Shown here piece after piece: positions 53,016 through 64,000 of a stretch of DNA of 64,000 nt (positions are counted from its first letter, which is position 1; every line of letters begins with the position of its first letter). A program made the translations under genes and the position numbers. This stretch comes from Camelus dromedarius. Taxonomy: Eukaryota. The stretch spans positions 78,928,001 to 78,992,000 of the forward strand of contig NC_087437.1 in the NCBI RefSeq assembly GCF_036321535.1, read 5' to 3'. Below the pieces are notes generated by a model. That model worked only from the letters and a program-made list of their open reading frames with translations. It did no database searches and was not told the origin of the DNA.

Positions 53016-53365
53016 TCTGGGGTAGAGGATGGGTGAAATGAAAGTAGGGGGTCAAAAGGTACAAACTTCCAGTTTTAAGATAAATTAATCCTGGGAGAGT
53101 AATGTACAGCATGATGACTACAGTAATAATGCTACATTGCATATTTGAAAGTTGCTAACAGAGTAGATCTTAAAAATGTTTATCACAAGAGAAAAATTAT
53201 AACTATGAGTGGTAATGGATGTTAACTAGACCTTATTGTGGTTATCATTTCACAATATGTACATATACTGAATCATTAGAATCATTATGTTGTACACCTG
53301 AAACTAATGTAATGTTTTATGTCAGTTGTATCTCAATAAAAAATAAACAAAAAATGAAAAGAAAA
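53016..53365 (+). mobile_element. L1MA9-like 3' end with A-rich tail
   Basis: GGTCAAAAGGTACAAACTTCCAG...GAAAGTTGCTAACAGAGTAGATCTTAA...TGTACACCTGAAACTAAT...AATAAA. Possible decayed TSD AAACTAAGAAAT / AAGCTCAGAAGT. Confidence 0.85.
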
Positions 53366-54737
53366 AAGCTCAGAAGTAAAGAATAAACTGTGAGGTGCCC
53401 AGAGTATAAATTAAAAAATAAATTATAAAGATAATTTTATACTCTTTAAAATTTATATGATGTCGATTAATTCATGGGAAGGTACAGTTGACAATGTTAA
53501 CCCCAGTAGAGATAAGCACACACACCCACACCCACACCCACACCCACCACACACACACAGCCCCACATGGTTTTAATAACCAAAACAGCCAAGTCTTTAG
53601 ATACAAGATAGTGTCAATAATACATAAATTGTTTTAGAGCGAATGAAATGAAAGAAACCTTTTACATGATTTTATTAAGAATAAAATTCATACTTAAAGA
53701 TGATAAAGAAAGCACAAGAAAGAACAGTACTATGCATACATATTGATGGAAAAAAATCTGAATAAAATATTAGAAAACAGAATCTGATATCACATTAAAA
53801 GTGATACAACATGACCAAGTGGGTTTGTATAAGAAATGTAAAGGAAATACAATACTGTAAATTATTTTAATATAATATATTTATTAATATATATAAGGAG
53901 AAAAATATTATCTTTATAGAAGCTCAGAAACCTTTTCGACCTAGTACAACACATATTACTAATTGAAATCTTGGAAACGTAGGAATGGGTGGATACCTCC
54001 TTGCCATGATAAAATGTAAATATATATGCATATATCGCAATTTTAAACCTAGAATTCTATTTAACAAAAAAATACTGAGAGCATTCTCATTGTAGTCAGA
54101 CACAAGGCAAGGATGCTCAACATCTCCAGTAATATTTAAAATTCTGCTGCAGATATTGACTACTCCATAAAATTAGACAAGAGTATATAAATTGAGAAAT
54201 AATTTTTTAAAATATGATTTACTTGAAGATGACAAAATACCATACATGGAAAAACATATAAGATTAATAAAACTAATTCAAACAATAATTCAGCCAACTA
54301 GTATGATACAAAATTAACAAGCAAAATATGCATATAATAACCATTTAATGATGTAACAAAAGAGATGACCCTATTCAATATAACATAAAAAAATTCTTAG
54401 AAATAAAGCTAACAAGATATTTTTGAAACTTCTATGAAAAAACTAAAATACTCCTAAAAACACAGAAGTAGACTTGAAGAAATGGAAACCTAACAACAGC
54501 TCTTGATCAGGATGTCTGAGTTCTCTCTAAGTTACATTATAAATTTAATAAGATCACAGTAAATTTTCAGTAAGATTTCTTTCTAGAACTGAGTCTTCTA
54601 AATTTCATAGGGAAAAATAAACACACAAGAGTAGCTACTGCAAAGGAAGAGTTATGATGGTTCACTAGCCCTACCAAAGCTTAAAATATAATTAAAACAG
54701 AAATAAAATATGAAAATAGAATATATGACAAAGTCAG

Positions 54738-55117
54738 CATTATGGGTGAATTATGTCTCTTAAAATTTGTATGTCAAAGCCCTAACTCTGGTACCTCAGG
54801 ATGTGGTAGTTTGAGATAGAGCCTTCAAAGAAGAGCTTAAGTTAAAATGAGACCCTCAGGGTGGGCCCTAATCGAATATGATTGGTGTCCTTATAAGAAG
54901 GGAGAATTCAGAGACATAAGGAGACACATAAAAAGACCCTGAGTACACAGTGAGAATGTGGATGTCTGAAAGCCAAGGTGACAGTCCTCAGAAGAAACCA
55001 AACCTGCCAACACCTTGATCTTGGACTTCCAGCCTCCAGAATTGTGAGAAAATAAACTTATCTTATTTAAATCACTCAGTCTGTGATATTTTGTTTGGCA
55101 GCCCTAGCAAATTTATA
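54738..55117 (+). mobile_element. MaLR solo LTR, MLT1B-like, inserted in L1
   Basis: TTATGGGTGAATT...GGGTGGGCCCTAATC...GGTGTCCTTATAAGAAG...CACCTTGATCTTGGACTTCCAGCCTCCAGAATTGTGAGAAAATAAA...GCAGCCCTAGCAAA. Confidence 0.9.
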
Positions 55118-56019
55118 GGTAGTATCTTAAATTCTTGGAGAAGATGGATTTTTTAATAAGTGGTGCCTGAATTAATGGACAGCCATGAGAGTAAAAATAA
55201 AATGAAATACATTTCTCACACTATGCACAAGACTAATTTCCATTTTGATATAGAGACGTAAATTTAAGAAAAAAATTCAAGTATTAAGAGTAAATATGGG
55301 TAAAGTCTTCTACAAGCTCAATTATCAAAGAAGTCTCTCTAAATAGGACTAAAAATAATACACAGTGAAAGAAAAGAGTGATACATCTGATTTAAAATAT
55401 TAAACATTTTTGCATGACAAAAAGGAAAAACAACATAAGAAAGTCAAAAAATAAATAAGGAGAAAATATTTGCCATATATATATATAAAACAAATAGAGG
55501 GCCAATATTACTAACACTAAAAGAACGTTTTAAAATTGAAGACTGAAAAGAAACTATACTCCTACAGAAAGTTCTATAGAAAACATCGACAGAAAATTTA
55601 CAAAAGAGAAATAAAGAATGACCTTTAAAATATGAAAAGATGTTCAACTTCATTCATCCTAAAGTAGATGAGGATTAAAGCTGTGTTGACAATACCATTT
55701 CTTATCTATCAGATTAGTAAAACTTGAAAAGCCCACTGATAAGTTCCATTGGTGAGGCTGTGAGTAAAAAGGCACTCTCTGGCCATAATGCAAAATGACA
55801 CAGATTTTAGAGAGGAATTTGGCAATAAAGTGACATGATACATACAACCTACCACATGGGTCAGAATTTTGCTTAAATATGTGTGTGGTGTGTGTGTATT
55901 TGTATTTGTGTGTATGTGTAAGAGAGAGAAGTAGATCTGAGTTAAGGGCATATGAAAGTTTCTCTGAATTATTTTTGTAAGTTTTATATAATTTAAAAAT
56001 AAAAATAAAATAATTTATA

Positions 56020-57080
56020 TTATAAAGAATGTAGGGAAGGACTTTTTATGGCATTGGGTTTGGTAAATATGTTAGGAAAATATTTCTTAAACAAGAAACG
56101 AAAAGCATACCCCCAAAAAATTTACAATCTAGGAGAAGGTAATTAGAATGTATATAATTAATAAGGATTAATATTTGTAATAAATAAATGGTGTTTGCAA
56201 GTTAGTTATAATATCTAATAGAAAATAGGCCAGTCATGAGAACTTAATGCAGAGAATGCTAATGCTAAACATTTAACAGAAATGTAAAACATTCTAAAAA
56301 TTTGTATTTGTCAAAGAAATTAATTTTAAAAGCAGCAGTAGAATGTTTTGCATACGTTTTTAATAAGATGATACCAGTGGTCTTTGTTGTTACACCAAGA
56401 ATTCTCAAATGTTGCTAAAATTGTTACAGTACTTTGGAACACAACTTGGAAATATCTTAAATAGTTGAAAATCTATGTACCCTATACTCAGTAATTCTAT
56501 TCCTGTGTATATCCAAGAGAAAATTTCCTTCACATTAAAAAGAAAGATCTATGCAATAGTGTTAATTTATTATGATATAAAAATAAGAAAAAACGAACAA
56601 CCTGAGCTTTATCAATTAGTAGGATTAATAGTGGTATATTCTTGTAATTGAAAACTACAGAACAGTTAAAGAGAGTGGATTATATCTATATCTATACATC
56701 TTTCTGTTTATATAAATAAATGTCAAAAACATAATTTGAGGGAAAAAGTAGATTTTGAATGATATACAGAGTAGTATATATTATATAAAATTTAAGAACT
56801 CACGGGACAGCACAGTATATGGTTAGTATATTCAGGCACATGTAGAAAAATCATAACAAAGGGCCATATATATAGATACCTCATAAGAGTGTTTTTATCT
56901 CTAATTCCACTCAGAGCAGTGGGATGTGGAAAGGGTAGAGAGTGACTGTCAGAAGGACTCTCAGTATTTATTCTGAAATTAGCTTGTTAAATGTGGATGA
57001 TAGGATTATGGCTGCTTCCTATATTATTCATACATTTTTATAAGCATTTAAAATACTTTAATATAAAAATATATCAGTAA
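56020..57080 (+). mobile_element. Old L1ME 3' region
   Basis: ACTTTGGAACACAACTTGGAAATATC...TACCCTATACTCAGTAATTCTATTCCT...GTGGTATATTC. Confidence 0.6.
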
Positions 57081-57229
57081 ATAAAATGTAACATATTTTT
57101 CATTTTTATCCCGTTAAACAATGAGCCTGTCTCTGATTTGTAATTTCCTGGCTCTCCTTCCTGCCTTCCTTGTCCATACTTAAGTCTTCTCTTCCCTTTC
57201 TAAAGTCCTTAGGACCTACATCATAATAC

Positions 57230-57400
57230 CATGTGGAATAAGAACAAAATGTTAAGAATTAGATGGGAGGAATCTGAATCCCAGTGTCACTTCTTATTAG
57301 CTCAATAGGCTTAACAACTTACTAAAATGTGCATTATGTACCTAATCTTTTGTGAGCTACAGCTGATGAACATAACTAGTTATGTCAAACTAATATGTGC
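57230..57400 (+). mobile_element. MIR SINE (decayed)
   Basis: TGAATCCCAGTGTCACTTCTTATTAGCT...TAAAATG..GTACCTA..TTGTGAG. Confidence 0.45.
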
Positions 57401-57571
57401 CTTAGATGAATATCAGAAGCATAATTTGAGGAAAAAAATATTTCAAAATATGTACAGGTCTCATTCTCTCTATATCATGCCAACTTGGAGATTTTGGAGT
57501 CATTTGACTAAAAGATAAGTCTTTATAGTAGGCAGAATCTCCCTTTTTTCCCATTTTTTCCCTTTTCACAC

Positions 57572-57655
57572 TTTCCTTCCTTCCTTCCTTCCTTCCTTCT
57601 CTCCTTCCTCTTTCCTTCCTTCTCTCCTTCCTCTTTCCTTCCTTCCCTTTCCTTT
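57572..57655. repeat. (CCTT)n pyrimidine-rich repeat
   Basis: Seen directly. Confidence 0.9.
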
Positions 57656-57922
57656 TACTATCTCTTTTTAGCTGAATATCATTTATATTGCTGAGTCAGT
57701 CAAAATTTGTACGAGATGTGACATATTTTATAAACAGCCAAATAAAATAATTTCTTAACCCTTTCCTTAAACACTATTAATTCCTGTCTCTTCTAATTAG
57801 TTTGAAATTTCTGGGGATTACAGAAAAATATTTCTTAACCTAATTTCTAATGGCCTTATCTTGTCCTCTGTTTTCTCATGTTGTAGAAGTTTGCGTGTAT
57901 GCCTAAAAAGGAATTTGCATTA

Positions 57923-60900
57923 GACTTCCACTTCCAGGAGAATGGAGTCTATGTACTGTTCTCTACTCTGCCTTATAAATACAACTAAAAATTTTGGGCA
58001 TTATATAGAAAATAAACATAAGATGCCTTTAGAGGTGTAGAGAGAAAAGCTGACTGGCTAGAAAACTTGAGAATGAGGAGTGAAATGGTGATGAGCTCCT
58101 GGATTTTCTTTTTGCCTTATATATCCCAGACGTGGAGCTGAAAGAAGCCAGCAGACTGTAAATGCCAACAGAGACAGTTTGTTTGTTTGTTTGTTTGTTT
58201 GTTTTTAAACCCAAGAAAAGCCTGATTTCTCTAACCAAGGACCAAGATAGGTATATCCTGTCTTGTAAGACAAAAAATGTTTAGAAAATAACTGCTCAAT
58301 TCTAACCAAATACCACAGAAGAAAACTGTTGCCCCACTCATTCCAGCAAAGGCTAAACAGAGAGGCTAGACTTCCACCCTTGTGGGTCTGAAGTGAGGCA
58401 ACCTGAAATCTCTGCTAAGGTGATGTCAGCAGAGGCCAAGCAGGAAGCCAGGATGTTCATCCCCACTGTTTGGCCATGAAGTCCCACTTCCTACCCATCA
58501 TGTTAGTTGAGACTGCACTGAGAGATGGGATCCTGCAGGAATGAGATGCCCCTCTCATCTGTGCTGAGATGGTATCAGTGGTGGCCTAGTGGAGCTGGAA
58601 CTCCCATCCCTGCCTGAAAACGAAGAAGCTTCCCTCAGGAATCACCAGATGCTGACTGGGTATCTTGGACGTCTGCCTCCATCTGAAAGTACCACGACAG
58701 CTACCTACTTCCAAGGTGGAGCAGTGTCAGAAAAAAACAAGCAAAATCAGAAGGTTTAAATAAGATTTAGTATCTCATACTATAATATGAAAATGTCTAA
58801 GTTTCAAGCAAAAATCACTCATCATTCCAAGACCAGGAAGATCTCAAATGAATTTAAAAAGCCAATTAATAGATGCTAACACTGAGATGACAAAGGTAAT
58901 AGACTTACGAGGATTTTCAAATAGCCATGATGAAAAAGTGCAATAATCAGCTAACCATATTTAAGAAATAATACAAAATAGGAAGATAAAGCAAAGAAAA
59001 ATAGAAAAGTAGAAACTCAGCAATGTAATAGGTGATATAATCAAATGGAATTTTTTAAACTGAAAAATAAATTAACCAGTATAAAAAACTCAGTGAGTAT
59101 GCTCCACAACAGAATGGACATGGCAGAGTAAAGGATCAGTGTGAACTGGAAGACAGAACAAAAGAAATTCTCATATGAATAGCAGAGATATTAAACAACA
59201 GCAAAACAAAACTTGAACTTGTGGAACTATAGCAAAGATCTAATAGCTGATAGCTTGCTGAGAATTTATTCATTGTGCCAGAAGGAAATGGCACAATGCT
59301 TTTAAGCACTAAAAGAAAAGAATTATCAACTATGGAATCTGTATCTGGCAAAACTATGCTGTGGGAATGAAGGAGAAATTGAGACATTCTCAGATAAAGG
59401 AAAACTAAAAAAATTTGTCATGGGAAGACCTACCCTAAAAGAATGATTAAGGGATTTTATCTATACAGGAAGTGAAATAATAAAAGAAAAATTATTACAG
59501 CATCAAGAAAAAAATAAATAATAAGCAAAAATATGAGAAAATAAAAGAAGCCTTTCTTCTCATGTTGGATTTTCTAATTCATGTATCATGATTGAAGTAA
59601 AGCTTATGACATTATCTAATGTGATTCTAAATCTGTATACTGGAAATATTTAAGACTGTACATCCATTGACTAAATAGAAAAGCTAACAAACAGAAAACC
59701 TCAGCCTAAGTATCACACCTTATACAAAAATAACTCAAAATGGATCAGAGACTTAAATGTCAAATATAAAACTAAAAACTTTTAGAAAAGAAAAGCAGGT
59801 GAAAATTGTTAGTATCTAGGACTAATCAAAGAGTTTTTAGACTTGATACCAAAACACAAATCACACAAGTATATATTAATTAACTGCACTTTATCAAAAT
59901 TAACAACTTTTGCACTGCAAAAGATTATGGGAAGAGGATAAAAAGACAAATTACAGACGAAAAGAAGATATTTATAAATCATATGTCCAAAGAAGGTGTA
60001 ATATCCAGAATCAATAATGCACTCTAATCTTAACAGAAACAAACAAAATGGAAAAAAGGCATTAAGAGATATTTCACTGAAGAAGATACACAGATGGTAA
60101 GTAAGTGCACGAAATGCTCTTTAACTTCATTAACCACTAGGGAAATGCAAAGTAAAACGATAAGGAGATATAGCTACCCACTTATAAGATTAGCTGAAAT
60201 AAAAATTACTAAGAATACCAAATGCTGGGGAGGATGTGGAGAAACTAGGTCACTCATATATTATAAAATGGTGCAGGCACACTAGAAAACAGTTGGACAG
60301 TTTTTTAATCTAAACATGCACCTTCTACATGACCCAGCAATTTGCACTCCTGGGTATTTATCTCAGAGGAATGAAGACTCTAAGTCACACAAAAAATCTG
60401 TAAACAAAGAGTTTTAGCAGCTTTATCCATAACAGCCCCGAACTGTAAAAACTCCATGTGCTTTTCAGTGGGTGAATGGTTAAACAAAACATACAGACCC
60501 ATATTGTGAGATACTACTCAGCAATAAAAGTGGAAGGACTACTGATAGACATGAAACAACCTGAGTAAATCTCTAGAGAATTATGAGGGGGGGGGGGGGG
60601 GAAGCTAATCCCAAAAGGTTGCATGATGTATGATTGCATCTACACATTCTTGAAATGACAGTCTTACAGAAATGAGAACAGATTAGGAGTTGACAGTTTA
60701 TAAGGAGGAGGTGAGATAAAAGCAGCGTGGAAATAGCTATAAAGGGGCAGCATGATGGATTCTTATGGTGATGGAAATGTCCTGTATCTTCCTGGACCAG
60801 TGTCAGTATCTTGGTTTTGATATTGTGCTTTAGAGTTGAAAATGCTGTCATTGGGGGAAAGTAGGCGAAGGGTAAATAGTATCATGCTGTATTATTTCTT

Positions 60901-60955
60901 GTAACTGTATGTAAATTTACAATAATTTAAAAATAACAAATTTTATTTAAAAAAA
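57923..60955 (+). mobile_element. L1MC-type element with 5' end, ORF1 remnant, large ORF2 deletion, ORF2 C-terminus and 3'UTR
   Basis: 5' start GACTTCCACTTCCAGGAGAATGGAG. ORF1 end GAAGGAGAAATTGAGACATTCTCAGATAAAGGAAAACTAA. ORF 60094-60285 (MQSKTIRRY...KCWGGCGE) matches the ORF2p C-terminus. L1MC-type 3'UTR and A-rich tail. Confidence 0.85.
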
Positions 60956-61299
60956 TTTATTTAATTTTCACATTGGAATGCTTGAGAATGTTGACATAGA
61001 GGGCCAATCTAAAGCAATTAGATAGAACAGTGGTAGGAATAAAGAAAAGATATAAACAGATAACCAGTTAGATTAATCTTAAAGAATTTGCAGTGATTAG
61101 GCAAAATTGTATCACATTCAGAAGTTAACCTGTGATTTTGTTTACATTTTTACTTTAATTTCATACCTTATAGTATTTTACAAATGTCTACGTGATTAGA
61201 AAATAACAAAAATAATTAAAGGCTACTGGCACTTGAGTGCTGTGTAGATATTCAGCACTGTACTGCCCTACTTGTAGCTTCACAATCATTGTCTCTCTT

Positions 61300-61450
61300 G
61301 ATCCTTCCAGCTCTCCTTGAGAGTGGACCCGTAATTACTGTGAAATGATTGAGACATACAGGGGTTAAGTTAGTTACCTAAAACCTAATAATTAATGACT
61401 GTCACATTGAACTCAATTATTTGTGACATGAGAGCCCGTTTTTAAACCTT
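61300..61450 (-). mobile_element. MIR SINE (decayed)
   Basis: ATTGAGACATACAGGGGTTAAGTTAGTTACCTAA...TTGAACTCA...TGACATGAGAGCCC. Confidence 0.5.
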
Positions 61451-63020
61451 ATTCATCCACCAGACAGATTACTAGAGATTTTTATTTTCTGTCCCTCTCT
61501 TTCCTTCTACTTTCTTCACCTCTCGTTCTTAGTCATTCCCGTCACCTTCCTTTCAGACTCCTCCTTCTCCTTTCTCTCTCGTTCCCTGCCTCTCGCCCAT
61601 AGCATTTAATTACAGCCACTTTATGTCTGCCATTGAACTACATGCTAGAAATAAAAGATTATGTGTACTGATAATTCAAAGGTCAGTAAGATGCAGTCCT
61701 CATCTTTGAAATAATGCTGTTTCTCATTAAGCATTAAGACTGTATTTTGAAAGAGCAAGTTGACAGTTAACTCCTATTCCCTAAAAAACTGTTCTGATCA
61801 TTCTCATCTCAGAAAAAAAGAAAAGTTTAATTTATATATAAATAAATGCTAGTCTTTTGATGTCTTTCTCCCCTTGACCACTGTTAAGAAATTTGTTCTG
61901 GCTGTCAGGGCTTTTCCATCTCCAAGTGCCAGAAGGGTGATTAGCTGGAAATCAGGAATTCAGAATTTATTCTTATGAAACTATCATTTTTCTAAATCTA
62001 GGACAAAGAGGAAAACATCTCTTGACTTCCTTCAAAGTCCAAAATATATTCCATAATAATGGGGATACATCAATTTCTGTCAAGATCAAACTTTATAGTT
62101 ATGAAAACTTGAATAATGAACTTTGAAATGGTTTTAGAAAAAATTTATCTCCCTCAAACTTTCTGCCATATAGGAAGCTATATAATTTTGCTTTTTAATA
62201 TATTAGGCCCTGATTTTTAATCATAAAAATGTAATTCCTGAAGCTTTTAATAATGAAAATGTCATTGTGGTTTCTGTCCAAAAAAAAAAAATTTTTCTAT
62301 TGTATCAATAACAAGAACTTGCAACGCTGGATTTTTTACACTGCTGTTTTCTTTAAAATTGTATAATGATATGTATCTTGATTTTTTTGAGCTACCAAAA
62401 ATTCACCACTTCAAAATTTGTTGTTAAAATGAGAGGCAAAAATCCCTTTCTCAAAATGCATATTTTTTTTACTTCTTATTTATTTATTCTATTTAGAAAA
62501 AAATTAAAATTTTAATTTGCGTATTCATGCACAATGTAGCCACACAAGGAGAAAGTAAAGCTCTTCTCAGAAGGGGACATCTGTCAGATGCCCTATGCTC
62601 CCAGGTAGCTGCAGGCTAGGATTTAGTCAGATGAGAAATGAAAAGAAATCAACTCACAGGAAAGTCTTACATGAAAATCACTTCATTGCCATGTAGCTGG
62701 TATCCTGTTCATAATTTCATGACTTGTCAAACGTTGGGAGCATACTGCTTGATAACTGAATATCACTGTATTTCTTGAATGGGCTTAAATGAGACATATC
62801 CAGGGGGGATTTTTTTTATAGAGTAAAATAGAAAACTCAATTTTTCTCTAACAAAATGTAACATAGCACCTTGTTCAGAATAAACAGAAAGAAAGATAGA
62901 GTAGGCAAAAGCCATCTTGTGTCCCATGCACATTCTGCCTGCTGGTCCTGCATTGTTGAGCTACCATGTGAAAAAGGTCTGAACTTCGGCTTAAGTCCTG
63001 ACTTAATGTGTCAGTTACAC

Positions 63021-63039
63021 CAGAGCCATCTGGTGGCTT
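63021..63039 (-). promoter_or_regulatory. Candidate CTCF binding motif
   Basis: Minus strand reads AAGCCACCAGATGGCTCTG, matching the core CCASYAGRKGGC. Motif match only, with no binding data. Confidence 0.5.
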
Positions 63040-64000
63040 GTTAGTCCCACAAACAGTTTCCCATCCTGAAACATAATCTGCATCACTCTTACTCATTCTA
63101 CAATGTGAGAATTGCTTCTTTAAACATCTACAGCCCCCTGAGCGGTTATCATCTTGAATCACACCTGGAAATGACTATGTAGCTGGTCCATAAGGCATCA
63201 ACATCACGTCTGACACTATGTGTAGATTAAGTTCTTTCCAAAACCTAAATTGAGGACTAAGAAGTGTGTTTCCTTCTGTTATGCTTTTATCCCATAGTGC
63301 CAGAAACAGTGTGTTAGTTAGCAGATGGAGACCCAGATCACCCCTGCCTTGTTATTTAGTATCAATAGTTTGCTGTATCCTCAAAGGAGTGCACAACTGT
63401 TGCACTGCTTAGAACAAAAAGAAAATTATATCCTAAAATTGGTGTTAAAATCAAGTATCTAGTCCTTTGCTCCTCTTTAAGGGATATCCAATGAGTGATT
63501 TATAGGCACTTATATAATGCACTTTATGACTGCTTACAGAATTGGCTATTCAAAGCATAATTCTTCTGGTCATATATTGTACATCATAGAATTTAATTAA
63601 AAGTGTATCTGCTTCACTATGTAGTAAATGATGCATGCACATTACTCCACAGTATATACATATTTCATGTTATAATTATGCATTTCACAATCTAAAGTGT
63701 GCATTTAATTATAAAAAAAAGTTTTACAATTTACAAACTTGATAAACAGATTGATACGATAAATACAATTGTTTTAGAAAAGAACAAGGGGAATGTGAAA
63801 GTAAGAATTCTCTTAAAGAATTCATATTTGAAAATTTAACCTTTCTAACATTAATTAATTATATAATTAATCCAAAATACCATATATATCTTGCATCAAC
63901 AATATAGAATGTTTTCGCTGATGGCCAAGATGATGATATTAAGGATCATAATTCTTGTTTATTAGAAACTCAAAATCACTTTCTGTGAAGAGGCAAATAT

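Larger units (their letters stand above)
52700..55960 (+). mobile_element. Ancient L1ME-type element (ORF1 remnant, RT region, 3' part), interrupted by younger insertions
   Basis: RT motifs CATGACCAAGTGGGTTT (HDQVGF) and ACAAGGCAAGGATGC (TRQGC), and TTGAAGATGAC at the FADD position. ORF2 C-terminal-like sequence lies near 55600-55800. Confidence 0.75.

Noticed and set aside
106..63162. Remaining six-frame ORFs (60-130 aa)
   Set aside because: They are short, low-complexity, often have non-ATG starts, or lie in antisense L1 or microsatellites (FIYL, YI, CV, SIYL repeats). I recognise no domains in them.

Overview
AT-rich, CpG-depleted mammalian non-coding DNA (intergenic or deep intronic). 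A tRNA-derived SINE at 1242-1376 matches my recollection of the camelid Vic-1 family, which suggests camel, alpaca or llama DNA. I can support no protein-coding gene, real tRNA/rRNA, CpG island or CRISPR array; the listed ORFs look like chance ORFs or decayed LINE fragments. Much of the window is transposable-element debris: L1 of several ages, L2, L3/CR1, MIR, MaLR/ERVL/ERV1 solo LTRs and hAT/TcMar DNA elements, plus microsatellites. Family names come from my memory of consensus sequences rather than a search, and boundaries of old elements are approximate. I found no clear novel biological system. The best leads are an internally deleted L1MC that keeps both ends, a possible L1 3' transduction, a gap-free 76-bp tandem duplication near promoter-like motifs, an 18-bp homeodomain-type palindrome, a good CTCF motif and candidate splice-flanked exons near 23.7-24.4 kb.
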